A stretch of 64,000 nt of DNA, taken from contig CACBPV010000003.1 in assembly GCA_902541215.1 (NCBI GenBank), positions 28,784 to 92,783 on the forward strand, given 5' to 3'. The notes beneath the pieces were generated by a model. That model was not told where the DNA came from and did not search any database. It saw nothing but the letters and a program-made list of their open reading frames with translations. The position numbers and the translations under genes are program-made. The first letter of the stretch is position 1, and the number at the start of each line of letters is the position of its first letter. The stretch comes from an uncultured Alphaproteobacteria bacterium. GTDB taxonomy: Bacteria; Pseudomonadota; Alphaproteobacteria; HIMB59; GCA-002718135. Shown here one piece after another: positions 42,040 to 52,260 of the stretch.

Positions 42040-42451
42040 AATAAGAATTTTTAATTATATTAATTAAACCTTCTACCTTTTTATTTATTTCATCAAATTC
42101 TTGATCTAATTTCAATTTTTCATCTTCTAAAATTTTTTTTTCATTTTGTAGTTTTAGTATTTTATCTTTAAGTTCTAAATTGTTCTTTAGATATTCTTGT
42201 TTCTTGGTATCGTTTACTTTTGAACTTCTTTCTATATTTAATTTTTCTGAAAGCTCTGCTTGTAGCTCAATAGAGAGAAGTGATAACAATATAGTATCGC
42301 TTATTTTTCCATTAGAATATTTTGGATTTTGTAATTTATCATCAATTTTTTCATTAATTAAATTTATTGAATCTATTATTTTTTTTTCGTCTTTTTTTTC
42401 ATATTCTAATGATATTTCTCTATTTAAAATTTTTGTCTTATAAAAAGGCAT
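42032..42451 (-). CDS. zapA: Cell division protein ZapA (with extended coiled coil)
   Basis: N-terminal ILNREISL...ILLSLLSIEL pattern; conserved position upstream of ygfA. Confidence 0.7.
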   Translation of the reverse strand: MPFYKTKILNREISLEYEKKDEKKIIDSINLINEKIDDKLQNPKYSNGKISDTILLSLLSIELQAELSEKLNIERSSKVNDTKKQEYLKNNLELKDKILKLQNEKKILEDEKLKLDQEFDEINKKVEGLINIIKNSYYE

Positions 42452-42453
42452 AG

Positions 42454-42642
42454 TTATTTCTTAATTAGAAGTTCCAATTCATCAATATACTCGGACATTT
42501 GTTTTCGTAAATTTTTAATTTCATTTTCAAGATTTTTTATTTTTTCTTTTTTAGAAATATGATGATCCCTAAAATCTTCTAAAGCTGATCTTAGATTATT
42601 TAAGTTTTCGCTTAGAACTGTAATTTTTTTTTGTATTTCCAT
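42454..42642 (-). CDS. Small coiled-coil protein, ZauP-like by position
   Basis: 62 aa, heptad-rich; directly upstream of zapA and divergent from tkt. Confidence 0.6.
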   Translation of the reverse strand: MEIQKKITVLSENLNNLRSALEDFRDHHISKKEKIKNLENEIKNLRKQMSEYIDELELLIKK

Positions 42643-42727
42643 TATAATTTTATAGTTTGTAATTTTATAATTGTCACTGTAATGAACCCATATTAAATAA
42701 TTTTATATCAACCATAAAGGTAAGTAT

Positions 42728-44704
42728 TTGAATAATTTAAATAATATCAACAATCTAAGACAATTATCAAATTGTATTAGATTTTTATCAATGGATGCAG
42801 TGGAAAAAGCAAAATCTGGTCATCCTGGTATGCCTATGGGTATGGCAGACATCGCAACAATTCTTTATAAAAATCATTTAAAGTTTAACCCGAATGATCC
42901 GGAGTGGATTGATAGAGATAGATTAATTATTTCAAATGGTCATGGCTCAATGCTTTTATACTCTTGTTTGTATCTAACAGGATATAAAGACATAGACATA
43001 AATCAAATTAAAAATTTTAGACAATTACATAATAAAACTGCAGGTCACCCAGAATACGGAAGTGCAGAAGGAATAGAAACAACGACTGGACCTTTGTCTC
43101 AAGGTTTAGCAAATGCAGTTGGAATGGCGCTAGCGGAAAAAAAATTATCAAATAATTATGGAGAAGAATTATTCGATCATTATACTTATGTTTTTGCTGG
43201 AGATGGATGCTTAATGGAAGGTTTAAGTCATGAAGCGTGTAGTCTCGCAGGACATTTAAAATTAAATAAGCTTATTATGTTTTTTGATAATAATTCTATT
43301 TCCATAGATGGATCAACAGATCTTTCAGTTTCAGACAATGTGAAAAAAAGATTTGAAGCTTATAATTGGAATATAATTAAAATAGATGGTCATAAATATG
43401 AGGAAATTGATCAAGCTATAATTCAAGCAAAAAAAAATGATGGTCCAACAATTATATCTTGTAAAACTAAAATTGGTTTTGGCTCTCCAAACAAAGAGGG
43501 TTCAGCTTCATCACATGGTTCACCTCTTGGTGAAGAGGAAATAAGTTTAACAAGAAAAAAATTAGATTGGAATTATTCACCGTTTGAAATTCCAGATGAT
43601 TTATTACGTGAGTGGAGAAGTTTCTATAAAAGAAATGAAGAATCAAGAAATTCATGGTTATCAAAAAACAAAGAATTAATTGAAAGTAAAAATTTTAAAG
43701 ATAGTTTTTATCAAAAAATTGATCATCAAATTCCAGAAAAACTTGGTGAATTAAAATCTGAACATTTTAATGACAAAACAAATTGTGCTTCAAGAAAATC
43801 GAGTGAGCTAACGCTAAATTTAATTTCAAACTATCAAAAAAATCTAATTGGTGGATCTGCTGATCTTACTGGATCAAATAACACTAAGGCAAAAGATATG
43901 AATGTAATTACATCTAATAATTTTAATGGAAATTATATTCATTACGGCATCAGAGAACATGGAATGGCTGGAGTAATGAATGGCATTGCTTTACATAAAG
44001 GTTTAATTCCATATGGAGGAACGTTTTTGGTATTTACTGATTATTGCAGACCTTCAATTAGGTTATCAGCTATTATGAATATACCAGTTATTTATGTAAT
44101 GACGCATGACTCAATAGGATTAGGAGAAGATGGACCAACCCATCAACCTGTTGAACATCTTGCATCTTTAAGATCTATACCAAATTTAACAGTCATTAGG
44201 CCTTGTGATATTATTGAAACTATAGAAGCATGGGAATGTGCAATCAAAAATACTGGACCAACAATCTTAGTTTTAACAAGACAAAATTTACCGATGTTAC
44301 AAAAAGATAATCGCAAAGAAAATCTTGTAAATAAAGGTGCTTATAAAATAAGAGATTTTAAAGAATATGATGCAACAATTTTATCTTCTGGTTCTGAAGT
44401 TGAGATTGCTTGCTCTGCATCAAATAAACTTTTTGAAAATAATAATTTAAAGATAAGAGTTGTAAGCATGTCTTCATTTGAATTGTTTGAGAAAAATGAT
44501 GATGGTTATAAAAATGAAATTTTAGGAAATAAACCGATTTTTGCTGTTGAGGCTGGAGTAATAAATGGTTGGGAAAAATATATTAAAAATGAAAATTTTG
44601 TTGGTATGTCAACTTTTGGTGAAAGTGGCCCATACAAAGATTTATATAAGCACTTTAAGATAACAGATGATTACTTAATTGAAAAAATAATTAAAAGTTT
44701 ATAA
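42728..44704 (+). CDS. tkt: Transketolase
   Basis: SGHPGMPMG, GDGCLMEG, GEDGPTHQP. Confidence 0.98.
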   Translation: MNNLNNINNLRQLSNCIRFLSMDAVEKAKSGHPGMPMGMADIATILYKNHLKFNPNDPEWIDRDRLIISNGHGSMLLYSCLYLTGYKDIDINQIKNFRQLHNKTAGHPEYGSAEGIETTTGPLSQGLANAVGMALAEKKLSNNYGEELFDHYTYVFAGDGCLMEGLSHEACSLAGHLKLNKLIMFFDNNSISIDGSTDLSVSDNVKKRFEAYNWNIIKIDGHKYEEIDQAIIQAKKNDGPTIISCKTKIGFGSPNKEGSASSHGSPLGEEEISLTRKKLDWNYSPFEIPDDLLREWRSFYKRNEESRNSWLSKNKELIESKNFKDSFYQKIDHQIPEKLGELKSEHFNDKTNCASRKSSELTLNLISNYQKNLIGGSADLTGSNNTKAKDMNVITSNNFNGNYIHYGIREHGMAGVMNGIALHKGLIPYGGTFLVFTDYCRPSIRLSAIMNIPVIYVMTHDSIGLGEDGPTHQPVEHLASLRSIPNLTVIRPCDIIETIEAWECAIKNTGPTILVLTRQNLPMLQKDNRKENLVNKGAYKIRDFKEYDATILSSGSEVEIACSASNKLFENNNLKIRVVSMSSFELFEKNDDGYKNEILGNKPIFAVEAGVINGWEKYIKNENFVGMSTFGESGPYKDLYKHFKITDDYLIEKIIKSL

Positions 44705-44715
44705 AAAGGAGAAAT

Positions 44716-45720
44716 ATGAAAGTTGCAATAAATGGATTTGGAAGAATTGGAAAACTTGTTTTTAGAGCTTTATTAGAAAAAAATCCTAAAGATATTAATA
44801 TTGTAGCTATTAATGAACTAGGAAGTGTTGAGAGCAGTGCACACTTACTTAAATATGACAGTGTTCACGGTATTCTTAAAGATGAGATTAGCTCAATCAA
44901 AAATGGATTAAAAATTGGTAAACATAAAATTAATTTTTATTCCAAAAGAGATCCAAATAACCTTCCTTGGAAATCACTCAAGGTAGATGTTGTGCTTGAA
45001 TGTAGTGGTGTTTTTACTTCAAAAGAAAAGGCGATTTCTCATTTAAATGCAGGAGCAAAAAAAGTTATTATTTCAGCACCAGCTTCAAATGTAGATGCCA
45101 CAATTGTTCAAGGTGTAAATAACGATACCATTAAAAAAAATCATAATGTAATTTCAAACGGATCTTGTACTACTAACTGTCTTGCTCCTTTAGCTATGGT
45201 TCTTGATGAAAAATTAGGAATTGAAAGTGGTTTCATGACAACAATTCATAGTTACACGGGTGATCAAAGAACTGTTGATCAAACCCATTCTGACTTTAGA
45301 AGAGCAAGGGCTGCAGCTGAGTCAATGATTCCAACTTCTACAGGAGCAGCAAAGGCTTTGAGTCTAGTGTTACCAAAATTAAAAGGCAAACTAGATGGAA
45401 CAGCTATTCGAGTACCTACTCCTAATGTCTCACTTATAGATCTTACATTTGTGAGTAAGAAAAAAACTAGCCCAGAAAAAATTAATTCTATAGTTCTTCA
45501 AGCTTCAAAAACTAAAAAATTAAATGGAATACTAACAACAAACTCATTACCTCTGGTTTCAATTGATTTTAATCATAATTCAAGCAGTTCTGTATTTGAT
45601 ATGAGTCAAACACAGGTTGTCAAAGATAAATTCTGCAGAGTTTTATCTTGGTATGATAATGAATGGGGATTCTCAAATAGAATGGTAGACACTATGGTTA
45701 ATCTTAAAAAATTTATTTAG
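44716..45720 (+). CDS. gap: Type I glyceraldehyde-3-phosphate dehydrogenase
   Basis: INGFGRIG, SCTTNCL, WYDNEWG. Confidence 0.98.
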   Translation: MKVAINGFGRIGKLVFRALLEKNPKDINIVAINELGSVESSAHLLKYDSVHGILKDEISSIKNGLKIGKHKINFYSKRDPNNLPWKSLKVDVVLECSGVFTSKEKAISHLNAGAKKVIISAPASNVDATIVQGVNNDTIKKNHNVISNGSCTTNCLAPLAMVLDEKLGIESGFMTTIHSYTGDQRTVDQTHSDFRRARAAAESMIPTSTGAAKALSLVLPKLKGKLDGTAIRVPTPNVSLIDLTFVSKKKTSPEKINSIVLQASKTKKLNGILTTNSLPLVSIDFNHNSSSSVFDMSQTQVVKDKFCRVLSWYDNEWGFSNRMVDTMVNLKKFI

Positions 45721-46118
45721 TGCCTAAAAAAATTTGTTTTGCAGTATCGACACTAATACAAATTGAAAATTTAATAGAATTTCGAAAATCAAAGTTCAAA
45801 ACTTCCATCATATTTATAAAATATTTTTTAATTAAAGGCTTTGGGATAGAGTGGCTTAGAACGTTAATAAACCACATTAAAAATAAATATAAGACACACA
45901 ATATTAAGTTTTTTATCGACTCAGGCTATGATCAAGGTCTTAGTATATTATTAACTCACGAAAATATTGATTATTTAAAATTAAAAAATAATAAAATCAT
46001 ATTAAATAAAATTAATCAAATTGCTAAAAAAAATAAAGTTTTATTAAATCCAAATTTTGATGTAGTAGATCTTACGAAAATTAAAAATATACAAAAAAAA
46101 CTTAAGATAAAACTATGA
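45720..46118 (+). CDS. Conserved hypothetical protein upstream of efp
   Basis: 132 aa, GTG start overlapping the gap stop; GIEWL and IDSGYDQG motifs. Confidence 0.7.
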   Translation: MPKKICFAVSTLIQIENLIEFRKSKFKTSIIFIKYFLIKGFGIEWLRTLINHIKNKYKTHNIKFFIDSGYDQGLSILLTHENIDYLKLKNNKIILNKINQIAKKNKVLLNPNFDVVDLTKIKNIQKKLKIKL

Positions 46119-46684
46119 AAATAGATGGAAATGAAATTAAAGTTGGAAATATTTTAGAAATTAATAACAAGCTTTGGAAAGTTTTGAAAACCCAGCATAC
46201 TCAACCAGGAAAGGGTGGTGCCTACTTGCAAGCTGAACTTAAAGAAATAAGAGAAGGTACTAAAATGAATAGTAGGTTTAGATCATCAGAAACAGTAGAA
46301 AGAGCTATCCTTGATGAAAAAGAGTTTCAATATCTTTATGATGATAATAATAATTTTATATTCATGGATAAACAAACTTATGAACAAATAGAACTTGGCT
46401 CAGAAATATTAACTGAGGATCAATCAAAATTTTTAGTTGAGAATAGTAATGTTATAATTAATTTCTATAATGAAAAACCAGTCGGAATTGACTTGCCTGA
46501 TACTGTAGAATTAATTGTTATAGAAACTGAAGGTGTTGTAAAAGGTCAAACAGCTGCTTCATCATATAAACCAGCTACTTTAGAAAAGAATATTAAAACA
46601 TCTGTACCACAATTTATTGCAGTTAATGATAAAATAGTAATAAGTACAATTGACGGTAGTTATATCGAAAAATCAAAAAATTGA
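46115..46684 (+). CDS. efp: Elongation factor P
   Basis: HTQPGKGGA, FRSSE, SSYKPA, VPQFI. Confidence 0.97.
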   Translation: MKIDGNEIKVGNILEINNKLWKVLKTQHTQPGKGGAYLQAELKEIREGTKMNSRFRSSETVERAILDEKEFQYLYDDNNNFIFMDKQTYEQIELGSEILTEDQSKFLVENSNVIINFYNEKPVGIDLPDTVELIVIETEGVVKGQTAASSYKPATLEKNIKTSVPQFIAVNDKIVISTIDGSYIEKSKN

Positions 46685-47460
46685 TGCAGCCTGCTGTAAT
46701 TAATATCTTTGAAAAGGCAGTAAAAAAAGCTGGTAAAATATTATTAAGAGATTTTGGAGAATTAGAAAATTTACAAATACAATCTAAATCAGTTGGAGAT
46801 TTTGTAACAAATGCAGATATTAAAGTAGAAAAAACACTTTTAGAAACTCTAAAATATTATTACCCAGACTATACTTACATAACTGAAGAAACAGGTGAAA
46901 TTAAAGGCGATGAAAATACAATTATTATTGACCCAATTGATGGCACATCAAATTTTATCCATGGTATACCTCATGTTGGAATAATTGTTGCTAAAATGAT
47001 AAATAATGAAATCACAGACGGTGTAATTTATAATCCGATTTTAAATGAATTTTTTTGGAGTTCTAAGGGTAAAGGATCATGGTGTAATAATAGCAGACTT
47101 CGAGTATCCAATAGGCAAACTTTTTCAGATTGCTTGATAGGCACTGGTCTTCCATTTGGAAAGAGAATTTATAAAAACTATTTAAATGAAATTGATGAAA
47201 TACTAAAATTTTCTGCAGGAATAAGAAGACTAGGTTCTGCAGGTCTAGACCTAGCTTATGTTGCCTCTGGTAAATTAGATGGTTTTTGGGAGAAGGGTAT
47301 TAATATATGGGATATTTCGACTGGTGTTCTTTTAGTTAGAGAAGCTGGGGGAAAAATTTCTAAAATAGATGGGAATGAATGGGAAATAAATTCTCGTGAT
47401 TTAGTTGCTTCAAATAATAAAATTCACAGTGAATTAGTTAAAAAACTTACTTTACTTTGA
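46684..47460 (+). CDS. suhB: Inositol monophosphatase family protein SuhB
   Basis: IDPIDGTSNF, RRLGSAGLDL, WDISTG. Confidence 0.93.
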   Translation: MQPAVINIFEKAVKKAGKILLRDFGELENLQIQSKSVGDFVTNADIKVEKTLLETLKYYYPDYTYITEETGEIKGDENTIIIDPIDGTSNFIHGIPHVGIIVAKMINNEITDGVIYNPILNEFFWSSKGKGSWCNNSRLRVSNRQTFSDCLIGTGLPFGKRIYKNYLNEIDEILKFSAGIRRLGSAGLDLAYVASGKLDGFWEKGINIWDISTGVLLVREAGGKISKIDGNEWEINSRDLVASNNKIHSELVKKLTLL

Positions 47461-47484
47461 AATCTATATAAATATAAGACCTTC

Positions 47485-47712
47485 ATGAAAAAAGATATAC
47501 ATCCTAAATATCATGAAATAAATGTTGTTATGACTGATGGATCTACTTTTAAAACCAGATCTACTTGGGGGAAAGAAGGAGATACTCTTAAACTAGAAAT
47601 TGATCCTAAATCTCATCCTGCATGGACTGGTGGGAAAGCTGGTATTAATGAATCTGAAGGACAGGTAGCTAGATTCCAAAAAAGATTTAAAGGCCTCAAA
47701 ATTAATAAATAA
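47485..47712 (+). CDS. rpmE: 50S ribosomal protein L31 (zinc-free type)
   Basis: [17 protein letters not shown]. Confidence 0.98.
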   Translation: MKKDIHPKYHEINVVMTDGSTFKTRSTWGKEGDTLKLEIDPKSHPAWTGGKAGINESEGQVARFQKRFKGLKINK

Positions 47713-47901
47713 TTATTTAAAAAACTTTTCAGCATTAAGTTTTAAATTTTCTTTCTTCTTTATCTCACCTTGAACTCTTATTATTTCAGTTTGAAGTTCT
47801 GAAATATAGTTTTGTAAATCATCAACACTGAAATCATCCAAATTTAAAATTTTAACCGTCTTTTGTTTTTCATCAACTTCAAAAAAATCTGTCATAGTCA
47901 T
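47713..47901 (-). CDS. DUF1192-family small coiled-coil protein
   Basis: LDDFSVDDL...EIIRV...AEKFFK pattern; position next to rpmE. Confidence 0.75.
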   Translation of the reverse strand: MTMTDFFEVDEKQKTVKILNLDDFSVDDLQNYISELQTEIIRVQGEIKKKENLKLNAEKFFK

Positions 47902-47945
47902 ATTTTGTTATATATTATTTTTTGATTATATTATATGAGCCAGTT

Positions 47946-48488
47946 ATGAAATATCCTTTAATGCCAAAAGCAACAGCAATATGGTTAGTAGAAAATACAG
48001 CTTTAACGTTTGATCAAATAGCTGAATTCTGTGGTTTGCATGTATTAGAGGTTCAAGGCATAGCTGATGGAGAAGTTGCTGTCGGTATGAGGGGTTATGA
48101 TCCAATTGATAATAATCAATTAACAAAAGAAGAAATTGAAAGATGTGAAAAAGATAATGCTGCTCGTTTGAGTCTTATAAAGTCTGATGTAATTGAAGAT
48201 TTACCACCAAGAAAAAAAGATTCTAAATATACACCTCTTTCTTTAAGACAAGAAAAGCCATATGCTATTTTGTGGCTTATAAAAAGATATCCGACTGAAT
48301 TAAGTAGTTCTCAAATTGCAAAACTTACCGGCTCAACAAAAAATACAGTGGAGGCTATAAGAAATGGTACATACAGAGAAGCAGTTCTTGAAGCAAAGAG
48401 TCCAATGGATGTTGGTTTATGTACTTATAAGGATCTCGAAAGAACTTTAAATAGAACTAGAACAAAAAAAGTAGATCAAGAAAATTAA
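47946..48488 (+). CDS. trcR: DUF1013 family protein (TrcR-like cell-cycle transcription regulator)
   Basis: PLMPKATAIWLVENTALTFDQIAEFCGLH; start trimmed to ATG 47946. Confidence 0.88.
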   Translation: MKYPLMPKATAIWLVENTALTFDQIAEFCGLHVLEVQGIADGEVAVGMRGYDPIDNNQLTKEEIERCEKDNAARLSLIKSDVIEDLPPRKKDSKYTPLSLRQEKPYAILWLIKRYPTELSSSQIAKLTGSTKNTVEAIRNGTYREAVLEAKSPMDVGLCTYKDLERTLNRTRTKKVDQEN

Positions 48489-48997
48489 TAATTTTTTATA
48501 ACGTAATTTAGATAATAGAACATCAAGATCATCCAAAATAATACCATTGATGTAATAAAAATCTGAAAGTTATATATTTTTATAACTCCGATAGGCTCGC
48601 CAAGATAATAGGTTAAAGGTCCTAGAACTCCACTTAAAATAATTCCTAAAATTTTATAACTTTTAAAAAAAGTAAGAATTTCATCAAAAAGAGTACTAAA
48701 ACTAAACCATAAAACAATCATCCATAATGGCAGAGTGCCAAGTTTAGCAATAGTTTCAAAATCGTAAATTTTGAAATAAACTAATAAAGTATCAAAAAAA
48801 TATCCTGGAACTGAAATCAAAAGTGAAATCTTAATAAATTTTTGTTTATTATGATTAAAATAAAAATAAGTTAGTAAGAAAATAATTCCAACCCATATGC
48901 CCAACATAGGATTAGAAAATTTAGTTTCACCAAATACACAGGCTAACCAAGTTAGTTGATAGCCAGTTAAGACTAAAAATACTTTTAGTTTTTGCAT
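48485..48997 (-). CDS. DUF2878-family membrane protein
   Basis: YQLTWLACV, PLWMIVLW, GPLTYY; last gene of the cfa/DUF1365 operon. Confidence 0.8.
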   Translation of the reverse strand: MQKLKVFLVLTGYQLTWLACVFGETKFSNPMLGIWVGIIFLLTYFYFNHNKQKFIKISLLISVPGYFFDTLLVYFKIYDFETIAKLGTLPLWMIVLWFSFSTLFDEILTFFKSYKILGIILSGVLGPLTYYLGEPIGVIKIYNFQIFITSMVLFWMILMFYYLNYVIKNY

Positions 48998-48999
48998 TT

Positions 49000-50193
49000 C
49001 TATTTTTGAATTAAAAAATGAGAAACATCAGTAGAGTTATTTGAAAAACCTGTTTCACAATATGAAAAATAAAATTCCCACATTCTTTTAAATTTAATAT
49101 CGAAGCCAAACCTTGATAAATCAGTCCAAGATTTTTGAAATTGTTTGTTCCACATTTTTAGTGTTTTTGCGTAAGAACCGCCAAAACTTAATTTTTCAAT
49201 ACATTTTAACCCAACGTGTCTTGCTGAATATTCAAATTGTTTTTTGGTTGGAAGCATGCCCCCAGGAAAAATATATTGTTGAATAAAATCTGGTCTGTTT
49301 TGATAATCTTTAGCCTTTTGTTCATCAATTGTTATGACTTGTAGTGCAGCCATACCGCCATCGTTGAGAGAATTACGAATTGTATCAAAGTAATTATGCC
49401 AGTATTTCTTGCCAACTGCTTCAAACATTTCAATTGAAACAATATTTGAATATTTTTTTTTGATATCCCTATAATCTCTGAATATAACTGATACTTTTTC
49501 AGACAAACCTTCATTTTGAATTTTTTCAGAAGCATATTCGTATTGTTCCTTAGAAATAGTTATAGCATCAACTGAACAATTGTAATTTTTAGCTACAAAT
49601 GATGAAAACCCACCCCATCCACATCCAATTTCTAAAGTTTTAGAATTTGAGTCTAATGATAAAGTTTCAGCAATCTTTCTATATTTGTTAAATTGTGCAT
49701 CCGATAAATTGGTATTCTTATTATCAAAAAGAGCAGAAGAATAGGTCATGGTTTTATCTAACCACTTTTCGTAAAAATTATTTCCTAAATCATAATGATA
49801 TTTAATGTTTTTTTTACTTTGTGATTTTGAATTGTTATTTAAAAAATGTTTTAATTTCGCAAAAGTAGCAAAAAAAATATTGGTATTTATACTTTTTAAA
49901 AAATAACTCTCATTTTTGTGAGAAAGTAGTAATAAATTAGTTAAATCTGTGCTTGAAAAGTAACCATTCATATAGGCTTCTGCAAAACCTACAGAACCTT
50001 TTTTAAAAATTAAATTTAGAAAATTATAATTATGAATTTTAATACTTGCAGATATATCCTCTTCTTTTCCGACAAAAACTCTCTCCTCGCCAGTAGGAAA
50101 TTGAACTGTTAATTTTCCATATCGAATTTTAGATAAAAAGTTTACTAATAATTTTTCGACAGTTTTATCAAAATTTGTTTTAAAAAAATTCAT
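49000..50193 (-). CDS. cfa: Cyclopropane-fatty-acid synthase family SAM methyltransferase (CfaS/UfaM-like)
   Basis: HYDLGN, MTYSSA, LEIGCGWG, SIEMFEAVG, YIFPGG. Confidence 0.93.
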   Translation of the reverse strand: MNFFKTNFDKTVEKLLVNFLSKIRYGKLTVQFPTGEERVFVGKEEDISASIKIHNYNFLNLIFKKGSVGFAEAYMNGYFSSTDLTNLLLLSHKNESYFLKSINTNIFFATFAKLKHFLNNNSKSQSKKNIKYHYDLGNNFYEKWLDKTMTYSSALFDNKNTNLSDAQFNKYRKIAETLSLDSNSKTLEIGCGWGGFSSFVAKNYNCSVDAITISKEQYEYASEKIQNEGLSEKVSVIFRDYRDIKKKYSNIVSIEMFEAVGKKYWHNYFDTIRNSLNDGGMAALQVITIDEQKAKDYQNRPDFIQQYIFPGGMLPTKKQFEYSARHVGLKCIEKLSFGGSYAKTLKMWNKQFQKSWTDLSRFGFDIKFKRMWEFYFSYCETGFSNNSTDVSHFLIQK

Positions 50194-50967
50194 TTAAAAA
50201 TTACCTTCAAAACTCACTGTATCATTTGGCTTCTTTTTTCGTGCATAATATTTACCACCTTTGTAAATTATTTTTAAAGCCTCATAAAGAATTCCAACCA
50301 TTACCTTAAAACCAAAAAGTGGATTATAATATAAAAATTTAAACATATTTTTTGAGTTAAAATCTATAAATTTACCATGCTGGGTAGCTGTCAGAACTTT
50401 TTTATTATTTTTATCATAAAGATCAATATTAATATTTATTTTATCTTTTTGCATTCGATTAAAAAATTTATAATTTGCCTCCATTTCTATGAATGGGGAT
50501 ACATAAAACTGCTTTGCACATTCATGAGATAATTTAAAATCTTCAAAATTTACATTTCCTTTAAAAATATAGGTATGTTGTTCATTAGTCGTATTTTTGA
50601 CTTCATAGAAAATAGATATTAATTTTTTATCATCATAACAATATATTATTGATAAGGGATCAAATACATATCCCAAAATTCTTGGAAAACATAATATCAT
50701 TATATTAAGATGTTTATATTTAATATTAAATTTAGAGAGGGAGTCTTTAACGAATGTCTTTATTGACCTTTTGTCTCTATATCCATGATCATTTTCATAA
50801 ATAGAAAAAAGATTAAAAGAGTTTAATGAAAAAAGTTTATAGTTATTACTTAATTGATCCAGATTATCCAAATTAATAAAAAGACTTGGTACCTCATATT
50901 TCAATGTGTGTTTAAATGGAATAAATCTTTTATGTATAATGCTAGATAATAGTATTTGAGAAATCAT
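50194..50967 (-). CDS. DUF1365 family protein (UfaO-like)
   Basis: HKRFIP, PRILGYVFDPLS, YEVKNT, KQFYVSPF. Confidence 0.88.
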   Translation of the reverse strand: MISQILLSSIIHKRFIPFKHTLKYEVPSLFINLDNLDQLSNNYKLFSLNSFNLFSIYENDHGYRDKRSIKTFVKDSLSKFNIKYKHLNIMILCFPRILGYVFDPLSIIYCYDDKKLISIFYEVKNTTNEQHTYIFKGNVNFEDFKLSHECAKQFYVSPFIEMEANYKFFNRMQKDKININIDLYDKNNKKVLTATQHGKFIDFNSKNMFKFLYYNPLFGFKVMVGILYEALKIIYKGGKYYARKKKPNDTVSFEGNF

Positions 50968-52259
50968 TTAAAATTAATTTGCAATCTATTATAAAAATTT
51001 TTCTCTCTCTTCCAAGGTAAATCACAATTTAATAATTTACAAATATAAGAAGATGATTGAATGCCGTCTTCATGAAAACCATATCCAAGGTAAGCTCCAC
51101 AGAAAAATGTATTATTCTTTCCTTGAATTTCCATAACATTTTTTTGAGCTAAAATAGTATCAGTAGTATATATTGGATGATTAAATGTTGTTTGGTTAAT
51201 TATATTTTTAGGCTTTTTATATGGATTAACAGTTACAAAATAATTTTGTTTAGTTGGTAATTTTTGCAAGAAATTCATCCAATAAGTTAAAGTAAATTTA
51301 GAAGATGATGGCGAATTTAAAAAATTCCAACTTGACCAAGCAATTTTTGATTTAGGCATTAAAGAGTGATCGGAGTGAAGTATTGCTGAGTTAGCTGAAT
51401 ATTTAAATTGTGAAAATATTTTTACTTCTTCTTCTGTTGGTTTTTCCAAAATATCCAATACTTGATTTGCATGGGTTGCGAATATTACCTTATGAAATTC
51501 TAATATATTGTTTTTCTCATCTTCTATTTTAATTTTATTATTTTCTCTAATAATTTTTTTAATTTTGAAATTTGTTTCATACTCAAAAACATTTTTATTA
51601 ATAATTTTTTTTATATATTCGTTACTACCCCCTTCTACATATTTCCATTGAGGTCTTTTTTTTAAATTAAATAAAGCATGATTTTTAAAAAAATTAATGA
51701 ATGTTATGAGAGGAAAATTTTTTACATCACTTATATTGCTTGACCATATAGATGATATCATAGGTAAAATATGATAATTTATTAGGTATGTTGAAAAATT
51801 ATTAGTTTTTAAAAAGTCATTTAAGGTTTTAGTTTGCTCTAAATCACTAACATTCAAGCTATTACATAATAAATAAAGTTTTCTTATTTCAAATAACATT
51901 TTAAAAAAATTAAAAGAAAACACATTTCTAAAATTCGCAAAAAGAGAAAAGATATTTTTGCCACTATATTCAATTTGAGGATCTTGATTTGAGACAGCAA
52001 AAGACATATCTGAATTTTTGCATTTCACATCAAGTAATTTAAAAAAATTTGTTAAATCTGGATAATTATTTTCATTGAATACAATAAACCCTGTATCGAC
52101 TGGGATTGTCTTTGTTGATTCTTCAACATAGATAGTTCTTGTATGTCCACCCAATCTATTATTTTTTTCAAATAAATAAACATCATATTTAGAAGATAAA
52201 AGATAAGCTGCACTTATTCCTGAAATACCAGAACCAATAATTGCTATTTTTTCTCTCAC
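50964..52259 (-). CDS. FAD-dependent oxidoreductase, COG2907 type (UfaD-like)
   Basis: IAIIGSGISG, VDTGFIVFN, AWSSWN, GYGFHEDG. Confidence 0.88.
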   Translation of the reverse strand: MREKIAIIGSGISGISAAYLLSSKYDVYLFEKNNRLGGHTRTIYVEESTKTIPVDTGFIVFNENNYPDLTNFFKLLDVKCKNSDMSFAVSNQDPQIEYSGKNIFSLFANFRNVFSFNFFKMLFEIRKLYLLCNSLNVSDLEQTKTLNDFLKTNNFSTYLINYHILPMISSIWSSNISDVKNFPLITFINFFKNHALFNLKKRPQWKYVEGGSNEYIKKIINKNVFEYETNFKIKKIIRENNKIKIEDEKNNILEFHKVIFATHANQVLDILEKPTEEEVKIFSQFKYSANSAILHSDHSLMPKSKIAWSSWNFLNSPSSSKFTLTYWMNFLQKLPTKQNYFVTVNPYKKPKNIINQTTFNHPIYTTDTILAQKNVMEIQGKNNTFFCGAYLGYGFHEDGIQSSSYICKLLNCDLPWKREKNFYNRLQINFK

Positions 52260-52260
52260 A

